Source: Patescibacteria group bacterium
Lineage (GTDB): Bacteria > Patescibacteriota > Patescibacteriia > UBA2591 > UBA6264
Length of the DNA: 64,000 nt
Assembly (NCBI GenBank): GCA_021735685.1
Contig: JAIPGN010000001.1
Span: 202,678-266,677 of the forward strand
Reading direction: 5' to 3'
Shown: one piece after another, positions 54,297-63,059 of the stretch
Numbering within the stretch: position 1 is the stretch's first letter
Layout of the letters: every line of letters begins with the position of its first letter
The notes under the pieces: generated by a model
What the model saw: only the letters and a program-made list of their open reading frames with translations
The model's database searches: none
What the model was told of the DNA's origin: nothing
Position numbers and translations under genes: made by a program

Positions 54297-57232
54297 TGAA
54301 AAAAGACATTTTAAAGGAATTGAACCAAGAGCAAAAAGAGGCGGTTACTTTTCAAGATGGCCCTTGCTTAATTATTGCTGGAGCTGGTACGGGCAAGACC
54401 ACAGTAATTACTAAAAGGATAGCTTGGTTAATTGAGCAAAAATTAGCTCAACCGCATGAAATTCTAGCTCTTACTTTTACCGAAAAGGCAGCCCAAGAAA
54501 TGGAAGAAAGGGTTGATCGACTTTTACCTTATGGTTATTTAGATCTTTGGGTTTCCACTTTTCACTCTTTTTGTCAAAAAATTTTAGAAACTCATGCTTT
54601 AGATATAGGTCTGCCGATTGATTTTAAGCTTTTAGATGAAAGTCAGCAGGCTTTTTTGGTTCAGCAAAATTTTGATCGTTTTCAACTTGATTATTATCGC
54701 CCTCTGGGTAATCCCACTAAATTTATTTCTGCTTTACTTAAACATTTTTCGCGAGCTAAAGACGAATTGATTAGTCCGCAAGATTATTTAGATTATACAG
54801 AAAATTTAAAGTTAAATCATGATTCTTCTATGTCTGATCAAGCTGTTAATACAGAAGTGGCCCGCTTAGGAGAGGTGGCCCAAGCTTTTCAGACTTATCA
54901 ACAAATACTTTTGGATAATAATTCTTTGGATTTTGGAGATTTATTGGCCTATACTATTCGGCTTTTTCAAAAAAGGCCTCAAATTTTAGAAAAATATAGA
55001 GAGCAATTTAAATATGTTTTGATAGATGAATTTCAAGACACAAATTGGGCTCAGTATGAATTAATTAAGACGTTATCTCATCCGAAAAATAATGTAATCG
55101 TGGTTTCTGATGATGACCAAGCTATTTATCGTTTTCGAGGCTCTTCCTATAATAATGTTTTGCAGTTCAAAAAAGATTATCCGCAAGCTAAGCAAATTGC
55201 GCTTTTAAAGAATTATCGTTCTTGTCAGAATATTTTAGACCTGGCTTATGATTTTATTCAGGCCAATAATCCAGCTCGTTTAGAGGCTCAACATAAAGGG
55301 ATAGTTAAAAAATTGGAGGCAGTCAAAAAAAATAAAGCTGAGATCAAATATTTTCAGGCCAAAACCAAAGAAGATGAAATTGGTTTGGTGGTTAAGAAAA
55401 TTATTGAATTAAAGAAGAAAGATTCCGATTCTAGCTGGAATGATTTTGCTATTTTAGTCAGAGCCAATTCTCAAGCAGAGGCCTTTTGTCAGGCTCTGCA
55501 ATTTGCTAATATTCCTTATCAATTTTTAGCTCACCGAGGACTTTTTTTCAAGCCAATAATTATTGACCTTTTGTCTTATTTGAAACTATTAGATAATTAT
55601 CGAGAAAGTTCAGCTATTTATCGTTTATTTTTGTCTCCGATCTTCCGAGAAAAGATTAATCACGAAGATTTATCTAATTTTGTTTATTTTGCTAACAAAA
55701 AAAGTTGGTCTTTTTATCAAGCGATGAAAAAAGCTAATTTAATTCCAGGATTGTCAGAAGGAGCCATAAAAGAGATTTTAAGATTTGCTGATTTAATCGA
55801 AAAGCACACCGCCCTATCTAAGGAAGAAAACGTGAGTAGGGTTATTTATGCTTTTTTGGAAGAGAGTGGTTATTTAAAGATTTTGGCTGAAAAGGAGAAT
55901 GGGCGGCAAAGTATTTTTTGGTTAAATCAATTTTTCAAAAAAGTAGAAAGTTTTGAAGAGGCTAATTTTGACAAAACTCTGACCAATTTTAATAAAATGA
56001 TGGAATTGATGATTGATACTGGTGACACTGGTTCCATGTTAGCAGATGATGAGGCTGGGCCTGAGGCAGTAAAAATTACTACGGTTCACAGCGCTAAGGG
56101 TTTAGAATTTAAATGGGTTTTTATTGTTAATTTAGTGGAACGACGTTTTCCTTCTATTGGAAGGTCTGATCCCATAGAATTGCCTCCTGCGTTAATTAAA
56201 GAAATTATTCCGGAAGGAGACGTTCATCTTCAAGAAGAAAGAAGACTTTTCTATGTGGCTTTAACTCGAGCCAAAGATGGTTTGTTTTTAACTGCAGCTG
56301 AAGATTATGGAGGCAAAACCAAGAAAAAAGCATCTCGTTTTTTGTCAGAATTAAAATTAAACAAAAAGGATCAATTAATTGGCCTTACTTCTGGCGCTCA
56401 TTATGTTCGTCGAGAAGAAAAGAAGGAGAAACCATCACCTTCTTTGAGGCTACCATCCAAGTTTAGTTTTTCTCAGTTAAATGCTTTTTCAAAATGTCCT
56501 CAGCAATATAAGTTTGCTTTTGTCCTTAAGCTTCCGCGCGAAGGTAAGGCTGCTTTTAGCTTTGGGAGTACGATCCATAACACCTTGCAAATTTTTGTAC
56601 AAGAGTGGATGAAAAAAAATCAAGCAGTTCAGAAAAATATTTTTAATCCTTCTGATAATTCGTCAACTCAAGGCAAAGGTTTAAGGTGGGAGGATTTATT
56701 AAAGATTTATCAAAAGTGTTGGATTGAGGATTGGTATGAAAACGAAGAACAGAGAAAAGAATATCAAAAAAAAGGTAAAGTTATTCTGAAGTCTTTTTAT
56801 GAAGATTTTAAAAAGAATCCTCCTCAAGTTTTGGGAGTAGAGCAAGGTTTTGTTTTTAAATTGGGGGATTATTGGCTTAAAGGAAAAATTGATCGAGTTG
56901 ATAGAGTAGAAGGAGGGCTAGAGTTAATAGATTATAAAACCGGTCGTCCTAAAGAAAAATTAAATGCTGAAGACAAAGAACAGCTTTTAATTTATCAATT
57001 AGCAGCTCAATCTTTGCAAAACATTTTTCCTGAAAAGGTTAAAACTTTAACTTATTATTATTTAGAAAATGGACAAAAATGTTCTTTTTCAGCTCAACCC
57101 AAGGAATTGGAAAAAATAAAGGAAAAATTGATAGAGAGAATTGAAAAGATTAAACAGAGTGATTTCCCGGCTCAACCCAGTAGATTGTGTAAATATTGCG
57201 ATTTCTATAACATCTGCGAAGATCGAATGTAG
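54296..57232 (+). CDS. UvrD/PcrA-family helicase fused to a C-terminal PD-(D/E)XK (RecB/Cas4-like) nuclease domain with a Cys cluster
   Basis: AGAGTGKTTVIT (Walker A), DEFQDT (motif II) and VHSAKGLEF (motif VI). The C-terminus has LELIDYKTG (nuclease motif III) and CKYCDFYNIC (Fe-S-type cysteines). Confidence 0.85.
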   Translation: MKKDILKELNQEQKEAVTFQDGPCLIIAGAGTGKTTVITKRIAWLIEQKLAQPHEILALTFTEKAAQEMEERVDRLLPYGYLDLWVSTFHSFCQKILETHALDIGLPIDFKLLDESQQAFLVQQNFDRFQLDYYRPLGNPTKFISALLKHFSRAKDELISPQDYLDYTENLKLNHDSSMSDQAVNTEVARLGEVAQAFQTYQQILLDNNSLDFGDLLAYTIRLFQKRPQILEKYREQFKYVLIDEFQDTNWAQYELIKTLSHPKNNVIVVSDDDQAIYRFRGSSYNNVLQFKKDYPQAKQIALLKNYRSCQNILDLAYDFIQANNPARLEAQHKGIVKKLEAVKKNKAEIKYFQAKTKEDEIGLVVKKIIELKKKDSDSSWNDFAILVRANSQAEAFCQALQFANIPYQFLAHRGLFFKPIIIDLLSYLKLLDNYRESSAIYRLFLSPIFREKINHEDLSNFVYFANKKSWSFYQAMKKANLIPGLSEGAIKEILRFADLIEKHTALSKEENVSRVIYAFLEESGYLKILAEKENGRQSIFWLNQFFKKVESFEEANFDKTLTNFNKMMELMIDTGDTGSMLADDEAGPEAVKITTVHSAKGLEFKWVFIVNLVERRFPSIGRSDPIELPPALIKEIIPEGDVHLQEERRLFYVALTRAKDGLFLTAAEDYGGKTKKKASRFLSELKLNKKDQLIGLTSGAHYVRREEKKEKPSPSLRLPSKFSFSQLNAFSKCPQQYKFAFVLKLPREGKAAFSFGSTIHNTLQIFVQEWMKKNQAVQKNIFNPSDNSSTQGKGLRWEDLLKIYQKCWIEDWYENEEQRKEYQKKGKVILKSFYEDFKKNPPQVLGVEQGFVFKLGDYWLKGKIDRVDRVEGGLELIDYKTGRPKEKLNAEDKEQLLIYQLAAQSLQNIFPEKVKTLTYYYLENGQKCSFSAQPKELEKIKEKLIERIEKIKQSDFPAQPSRLCKYCDFYNICEDRM

Positions 57233-57515
57233 TTTTTTTGGATTGACAAAAGGTCAATTTTGTGATATCTTGATGATATAAGAATGAATAAATTATTAGT
57301 TTAATTTAAAAAAATGGAATTTAAAAAATTAAGTCATCAGGAGAAAGAAGAAGAGCAAGAAGCTTTAATTGCTCGAGAAGAAGAGGAGGAGGAAGAAAAT
57401 GAAGAAGCTTTAATTGCTGAAGAAGAGGCCGAAGAAAAAGAGGAGAGAAAAAGAAAAAAAGCTTTATTTTATAAAAAGATTAAAAAAGACAAAGAACAAG
57501 ATTAGCTTTAACTAT

Positions 57516-60500
57516 ATGGAAATGTCTAAAAAAAATAACAAACCTGAGGAAAAAAAGGCAACAGGTGAAACTAAAGAAGGAAGTAGCTATGAAGCTCAGA
57601 TAAAAAAAGCAGAAAATATTGATGCTTTAATGGCAACTTTAGATGATATTCCTAATTTTTTTGAGGAAGAAAATGAGGATAAAGCTAAAGAAGAATTTAA
57701 GGAAAAATTTGAAATTCTTAAAAAAGAAGTTGAGGCTCGTAAAGAAGATGAAGACGTCGTTGAATATGGCGGCTTTAATTTTTTTACTACAGAATATGGA
57801 TTAAGAAGCAAGATAAGAGAGCTGTTATTGGGAGAAAGCTTTAAAGATGAAATAGAAAATAAAGACGCAGAAGAACAAGAAACAGAAAAGGAGAAAGCAA
57901 ATAATGAAAAAGAAGAAGAGAGAAAAAAAAGGGAAAAAGAGGCTCTAGAAAAGAAAGCTGAGGAAAAAGAAATGCTTTATTCTACTAAAATTGATTTAAT
58001 GGAAGATCTTGATGATAATGAAAAGAAAGAATTAAAAGATAAGGTAAGATTTGTTAATAAAGAAAAAGTAGCTGAAGAGTGTCAAGGAGATTTTGAGGAA
58101 TTGTTAAAATTGTCTGCCCAAGAGGAAGGGGAGATAGTTAAAAAGAAAAAAGAAGACAAAGATGAGAAAGTTGAAGAAGGTAAAGAGGAAGAGGAGAGTG
58201 AAGAGCAAATAGAAATTGATCTTGAAGGATTACCAACAGAAGGGGAAGGTAAGTATCAGGAAAAAATAAAAGAAATGAGCGAGAAATTAGATTTACCTGA
58301 GGAAGAAATTGAGCAAATTGTTAACCAACAAAAAGCTAATTTAGTTGAATTAACAGCTCAGAAATCTAAAAAGAAAGAAAAGAAATGGAAGAAAATAGGC
58401 AAAACTTTGGGAATTTATGCGGTTCTTGGCGGCGGCTTAGGTTTATTAACTGGTGGCTTAGGCATTGGTATTGGTCTTGCGGCCGGAAGAATCATTGATA
58501 CTATTTTTAAAGGAAAGAAAACTAAAAAGGATCAAGAAAAGGCCCAACAAGAAGTTAATGCCATTTTATTAAAAACCAAAGAGGCTGAAGGAGAAGCCGA
58601 TAAAGAAGAAGACGAAGGCACGAAAAGTGTTTTGGATTCTTTTTATGATAATATTTTTACTGAATTGTCTTTGGCTAAGCGCAATCAAATCGAGGGCCAG
58701 AATAAAGAAAAGAGTGAGCTTGGAAAAAAAATTTCTAAACTAGAAGAAAGTTATCGCCCAGAAGATAAAGAAAAATTAGCAGAACTTTATCAAACGAGAA
58801 GGGAACAGCAAAAAGAAAAAATCCAAGATTATTTAATGGCAAAGGGCTTAGAAGGAGAAGAATTAGAAAAAAGAGTGAAATTGTCAGCTCAGTTAGTAGA
58901 ATTAGATGATAATCAAAAAATAATGGAACTTGATTTTGCTAAACGCAAGGCCAGTAAAGTCGCTAAGATCTTTAGCAAACTAGATTCAATTTTAAGTCAT
59001 CCTGCTCTTTTGGGTGGAGCCAAGCAGGCAGAGAGCCAAAATAAAGAAAAGATAATTACTGCTAGTATTTTTGCAGTAGCTGGTGTTTTGGCTCGTTCTT
59101 GCCCAATAGTTAGGAATGTTTTAATGGCTTATGCGGGTATGAAATTAGGCTCTGCTGCCGCTGATTTAATGTTTGGAAAAAACAAAGAACTAAGAGAGGT
59201 TTCTGGCGAACAGCTTAGCCTAGAAAGCAGCGTTGAGGACCTTAATCGAGCTAAGGCCCAACTTTTAGACCCTAAATATAAAGAAAAAAATCCTTTAGAA
59301 CATGCTAAATTACAAGAAAAAATATTTGCTATTGATCGTGCCAGAATGGAGAAAGCCTTAGGAAAGACAGAGGCAACAGAGAGGGAAGATGAGGAGGCTG
59401 AAGGTGAAAAAATTGAAACTGATTCAGAGGAAGAGAAGATAGAGGTAAAAGAAGAAGAGGAAATAAAAGAAGCTGTAGAGGAAAAATATGGTTACATTGT
59501 TCAGGCCAACCAAGAATTAGAAGAAGCAATTAAAAAAAGAAGAGCAGCTCAGGGAGCACATAAAGGAATGAAAATATTTTTAGGAATAGCTGGCGGAGTA
59601 GCAGGTTGGTTTTTGGGAGAATATATGAATAAGCAAAATGAGGCTAAGGAAGCAGAGAAGGCCCAAGCAAAGAAATTAGAAGAAACGCAAAAAGATTTTC
59701 CTAAAGAAAATGTTAATAATGAAACTCCTCTTGACAAGCAAATAAAAATGTCAGCTGCCGAATTAGAAGCGCAAGAAAAGGAGCTGGCTCGAATTGAAGC
59801 AGAAAGAAGAATGGCTGAACTTAATAAGCCCGTTGTAGTAGAAAAGGGAGATACGGTTTGGGGAGTGTGCGAAAAGCAATTAGAAGAAAGAGTAGATAAT
59901 TGGGAAGAATTAAGCCAGGCGGAAAAAGATTATTTGATTGATTGGTATAAAGATAAAGTAGTGGCTAATCCCGCAGAGTATGGAATTGATGGTGGTAATG
60001 CCAGTTCTTTAAAAATTGGCTCGGAAATTAAAGTTGCTAATTTATTTAAAGATCAGGGTGAAATGGTTAAAGCTTTAGCTAAAGCACAGGGCTTAAGTAC
60101 GGAACAAGTCCAAAATATTATGAATAATCGAGAATTGATTGGTAATGTTATGAGTCAAAAATTAGAAGAAGTTCCCGGAGATAAATTATTAGAAGCAGTG
60201 CGAGTGATGGGCGGAACTGATCAAGCGGGGGCTGGCTTTGTGGCTGAAGTTGAAAAAAGAGCCACTGAGGTTTTAGGGGAAGCTGTTACTTCTGATCAAA
60301 CTCAAACTATATTAAATAATCCTGAGGTTTTTGGGAAAATAATGGATTCTGGGGTTGAGAGTCTTGAAGAAGTGGAAAATGAAACTTTGGGTCAAGCCTT
60401 TAGGCTGCTTAAGAATACTGATAGCGTGGGCAAAGAATTACTTCAAGAGGCTCAAGAAGTAGAAGGAGCGATAGGAGAAGAGTTAGTAGAAAGAGCTAGT

Positions 60501-61001
60501 GGTAGTTGGGAAAGGATTAAGAATATTATCGGTGGAGACCCCTATGACAATCAATTTCATGCTGGTTATGACATTGACCCTAATAAGCCCTTGATGAGCG
60601 TTTATCAGAATGATTGGATATCTCAAAAAGCTGACGAGGCTTTAAGTAAAGGAGATGAATTAATTAGTCAAGCTGAAAAAATGCAGGAATTGATTGGCAA
60701 GAGTGACTCTTGGTGGCATAAACTTTGGGGTATTGAGGGTAAAATTGAAAAATTAAAAGACACCTTTGATCAAAATACTGACATCTTTAATCAGGTGAAA
60801 GAAACTTACTATAATGGTTGGCAGCAAGGAAAATCTTCGGCTCAAGAATGGTTTAATCTAACCGGAGATAAAAAGATTCTTGGTGATTATTTTGGAGGAG
60901 ATTTTTTCGAAAAAAATAACTCTCTTTTGAGCGAAAAAATATCAAAATTACAAGAATTAATTAACCAACTAGGCAGTCGATATAGCAATGGAGCAGTATA
61001 A
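57516..61001 (+). CDS. Large (~1160 aa) E/K-rich coiled-coil membrane protein with glycine-zipper TM segments and a C-terminal LysM-like domain, hypothetical
   Basis: Start chosen at ATG 57516 (MEMSKK). Low-complexity charged N-terminal ~300 aa; TM GIYAVLGGGLGLLTGGLGIGIGLAAG; two further hydrophobic segments; VVVEKGDTVWGVCEKQ...IGSEIKV is LysM-like; the C-terminal ~350 aa is globular. Confidence 0.55.
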   Translation: MEMSKKNNKPEEKKATGETKEGSSYEAQIKKAENIDALMATLDDIPNFFEEENEDKAKEEFKEKFEILKKEVEARKEDEDVVEYGGFNFFTTEYGLRSKIRELLLGESFKDEIENKDAEEQETEKEKANNEKEEERKKREKEALEKKAEEKEMLYSTKIDLMEDLDDNEKKELKDKVRFVNKEKVAEECQGDFEELLKLSAQEEGEIVKKKKEDKDEKVEEGKEEEESEEQIEIDLEGLPTEGEGKYQEKIKEMSEKLDLPEEEIEQIVNQQKANLVELTAQKSKKKEKKWKKIGKTLGIYAVLGGGLGLLTGGLGIGIGLAAGRIIDTIFKGKKTKKDQEKAQQEVNAILLKTKEAEGEADKEEDEGTKSVLDSFYDNIFTELSLAKRNQIEGQNKEKSELGKKISKLEESYRPEDKEKLAELYQTRREQQKEKIQDYLMAKGLEGEELEKRVKLSAQLVELDDNQKIMELDFAKRKASKVAKIFSKLDSILSHPALLGGAKQAESQNKEKIITASIFAVAGVLARSCPIVRNVLMAYAGMKLGSAAADLMFGKNKELREVSGEQLSLESSVEDLNRAKAQLLDPKYKEKNPLEHAKLQEKIFAIDRARMEKALGKTEATEREDEEAEGEKIETDSEEEKIEVKEEEEIKEAVEEKYGYIVQANQELEEAIKKRRAAQGAHKGMKIFLGIAGGVAGWFLGEYMNKQNEAKEAEKAQAKKLEETQKDFPKENVNNETPLDKQIKMSAAELEAQEKELARIEAERRMAELNKPVVVEKGDTVWGVCEKQLEERVDNWEELSQAEKDYLIDWYKDKVVANPAEYGIDGGNASSLKIGSEIKVANLFKDQGEMVKALAKAQGLSTEQVQNIMNNRELIGNVMSQKLEEVPGDKLLEAVRVMGGTDQAGAGFVAEVEKRATEVLGEAVTSDQTQTILNNPEVFGKIMDSGVESLEEVENETLGQAFRLLKNTDSVGKELLQEAQEVEGAIGEELVERASGSWERIKNIIGGDPYDNQFHAGYDIDPNKPLMSVYQNDWISQKADEALSKGDELISQAEKMQELIGKSDSWWHKLWGIEGKIEKLKDTFDQNTDIFNQVKETYYNGWQQGKSSAQEWFNLTGDKKILGDYFGGDFFEKNNSLLSEKISKLQELINQLGSRYSNGAV

Positions 61002-61042
61002 TTGATTATTTCATAGTTTTAAAAAATATAAGTTAAATTATT

Positions 61043-61363
61043 ATGAATGAAGAAAAAAATCCAACAGAAGCTTTTGCTGATAGCTTGATTCAGCAAGCCA
61101 ATATTACTCTCCCAGAAGAAGAATTGGAAGTTTATCGCAATAAATTAATGCAGCAGATTGAAAAAAGATTAGGTTTAATATCCTTAGATGCCTTAGATGA
61201 TAAAGGTTTAGAGGATTATGAAAAATTATTAGGAGAAAATCCAGACCCGAATGATCCTCAAGTGCGAGATTTTTTTAGCTCTCGAATTGAAAATTACGAA
61301 GAAAAAATTAAAGAAGCTTTAGATAATTTTAAGGCCGAATTTCTTTCTGCTTTAAATAAATAA
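61043..61363 (+). CDS. Hypothetical acidic helical protein (106 aa)
   Basis: ORF with reasonable context downstream of the large protein. No motif recognised. Confidence 0.4.
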   Translation: MNEEKNPTEAFADSLIQQANITLPEEELEVYRNKLMQQIEKRLGLISLDALDDKGLEDYEKLLGENPDPNDPQVRDFFSSRIENYEEKIKEALDNFKAEFLSALNK

Positions 61364-61386
61364 AATCTTAAAGCTATTTCTGAAAA

Positions 61387-61413
61387 AAGTTTGGAGGCTG
61401 AACCTCCAAACTT
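61387..61413. repeat. P2 palindrome AAGTTTGGAGG-ctgaa-CCTCCAAACTT (copy 1, loop in inverted orientation)
   Basis: Perfect 11-bp arms. The CTGAA loop is the reverse complement of the TTCAG loop in copies 2 and 3. It lies 60 nt upstream of the transposase-like ATG. Confidence 0.7.
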
Positions 61414-61474
61414 TTTCGTTCCTTTTTTTAAAATTATTTCAAAATATGTTTATAATGATTATAATAAAAAACAT

Positions 61475-62185
61475 ATGAGCAAAAGAAAGGTTCAATTTAT
61501 TAATGATGAGTATTATCACGTCTATAATCGAGGAGTTGATAAGAGAATAGTTTTTGAGTCTTCAGAAGATTTAGAAAGATTCTTTTTAAGTATGCAAGAG
61601 TTTAACGATATAAATCCTATTGGCAGCATTTATGAGGAAAAATTAATCAAAAATAGAATAGAAAAGTTTGGAGGTTCAGCCTCCAAACTTTCAGCCTCTG
61701 ATTTTTCCCCGAAAGAAAAGGAGAAATTAGTAGAATTCATTTGTTATAATTTATTGCCAAATCATTATCATTTTTTTCTGAAGCAATTAGTAGATAATGG
61801 GATTCAGAAATTTATGCATAGAATATCAACGGGCTATACGGGATTTTTTAACAGGAAAAATAAGCGCAACGGTTCTTTGTTTCAAGGCAGATATAAAGCA
61901 ATTCATGTTAATTCTAATGAGTATTTGTTGCACTTAAGCACATATATTAATCTTAATCACCAGGTACATAATTTAGAAAAGTTTGGAGGTTCAGCCTCCA
62001 AACTTTTTAAATCTAGTTGGAGAGAATATTTAGGGCAGGATCAAAAAGAAATTTGCGCTAAGGATATTATTTTAGATCAATTTGACTCTAGTAATAATTA
62101 TCAAAAATTTAGCGAAGAAGGTTTAGAAAGAATTAAGGAGAGCAAAGAAATTCAAAAATATTTATTAGAGGAATTAAATAATTAA
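61475..62185 (+). CDS. IS200/RAYT-like HuH (Y1) transposase-family protein with two in-frame palindrome-encoded inserts
   Basis: YHVYNRGVDKRIVF (beta1), LLPNHYHFFL (HuH-type HxH motif) and SLFQGRYKAIHVNSNEYLLHLSTYINLNH (Y-containing helix) are colinear with the Y1 transposase/TnpA_REP fold. The sequence EKFGGSASKL occurs twice and is encoded by P2 palindromes. Start chosen at ATG 61475. Confidence 0.55.
   Translation: MSKRKVQFINDEYYHVYNRGVDKRIVFESSEDLERFFLSMQEFNDINPIGSIYEEKLIKNRIEKFGGSASKLSASDFSPKEKEKLVEFICYNLLPNHYHFFLKQLVDNGIQKFMHRISTGYTGFFNRKNKRNGSLFQGRYKAIHVNSNEYLLHLSTYINLNHQVHNLEKFGGSASKLFKSSWREYLGQDQKEICAKDIILDQFDSSNNYQKFSEEGLERIKESKEIQKYLLEELNN
61664..61690. repeat. P2 palindrome AAGTTTGGAGG-ttcag-CCTCCAAACTT (copy 2, inside the transposase-like CDS)
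   Basis: Perfect arms. Translated in-frame as KFGGSASKL. Confidence 0.7.
61979..62005. repeat. P2 palindrome AAGTTTGGAGG-ttcag-CCTCCAAACTT (copy 3, inside the transposase-like CDS)
   Basis: Identical to copy 2 and 315 bp downstream of it. It is translated in the same frame as copy 2. Confidence 0.7.
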
Positions 62186-62208
62186 TTATTGTTAATAAAT
62201 GAATTACT

Positions 62209-62922
62209 ATGACTAGCCTTCAAAACAAGATTATTGATAAAGTTAGAGAAAGTGGAGTTAAAGAAGGGGAGGATTATTTTTCTTTTCACCAACGCAGATT
62301 TGAGCATTTATTTGAATTATTAGATAAGCAAGAAGAAAGCAAAAGAAATTTATTAGAGGTTGGTTTTGGTTTTTTGCATTCTCTAATAGCAGCTCATTAT
62401 TTGGGTTATCAAAATTTATTTGGAATAGACATAGACATTAACGAAAATATTTTAAATAAGGTAAACAAAAAATTTAATTTTATTCTTAAACAATGCGATT
62501 TGGCAAAAGATAAAATTCCTTTTGAGACATCTTTTTTTAATTTTGTTTTATTGACCGAGACTTTAGAGCACTTTAATTTTCATCCTCGGAGAGCAATTAA
62601 TGAGCTTTATCGGGTTTTGAAACCAGGCGGTCGTTTAATTATCACCACCCCCAACCTTTTTCGACTAAACAATCGGATAAAGTTTTGTCTCCGAAAAAGC
62701 ATTTATGATGACATTAAAAAAGAAGAAATCATCCATTATCGGGAATACTCTTCAAAAGAGATTAAATATTTATTAAGGGAAGCTGGCTTTAAAAATATCA
62801 AAATTAATTATATTGATTTTGGGTATCCAGATAGAAATAAGCTTAATAAATTAGTGAATAAAATTTTTGGCTTTTTCTTTCCTGGATTAAGGCCAAATAT
62901 TTTGGCAATTGCGATTAAATAG
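62209..62922 (+). CDS. Class I SAM-dependent methyltransferase (type 11)
   Basis: LLEVGFGFLHSL is motif I and VLKPGGRLIITTPN the post-motif II region. Confidence 0.8.
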   Translation: MTSLQNKIIDKVRESGVKEGEDYFSFHQRRFEHLFELLDKQEESKRNLLEVGFGFLHSLIAAHYLGYQNLFGIDIDINENILNKVNKKFNFILKQCDLAKDKIPFETSFFNFVLLTETLEHFNFHPRRAINELYRVLKPGGRLIITTPNLFRLNNRIKFCLRKSIYDDIKKEEIIHYREYSSKEIKYLLREAGFKNIKINYIDFGYPDRNKLNKLVNKIFGFFFPGLRPNILAIAIK

Positions 62923-62982
62923 GTTTTTGAGTTATCCACAGACAAAGGGTTGTGTAAAAATAATAATCTGTTAAGATAAATA

Positions 62983-63059
62983 ACGGTGCTTATTTTGAAC
63001 TTCGGTTCTTTGGTTGACGAAAGGTTCGCCTTTCAGATGCCAGATAAGCACCATTTTTT
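62983..63059 (+). ncRNA. GGTGCTTG-stem structured element with two internal UUCG-tetraloop hairpins and a T-run, copy B
   Basis: GGTGCTTAT...ATAAGCACC 9-bp closing stem encloses GAAC-TTCG-GTTC and GAAAGG-TTCG-CCTTTC, then TTTTTT. The closing stem differs from copy A while pairing is preserved. Confidence 0.4.

Noticed and set aside
57314-57515. 63-aa hyper-acidic ORF (57314..57505) and the 34-codon K-rich extension (57414-57515) of the large ORF
   Set aside because: Both are read from the same purine-rich low-complexity DNA in different frames. Neither has independent support. They may be part of a leader, or the acidic ORF could be real. I chose ATG 57516 as the large-protein start with moderate confidence.
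359-59737. Numerous 60-130-aa antisense or overlapping ORFs inside long genes (for example 359..565, 3201..3443, 8480..8710, 10961..11359, 29213..29413, 34376..34600, 42802..43008, 59329..59529)
   Set aside because: All lie wholly inside well-supported longer genes on the opposite strand or in another frame. They have low-complexity or repetitive translations and no start context. They are treated as spurious.
61391-61474. TTG-initiated extension (MEAEPPNF...) of the transposase-like ORF
   Set aside because: The extension is simply the P2 palindrome read in-frame. The first ATG, followed by a K-rich N-terminus typical of this family, is at 61475.
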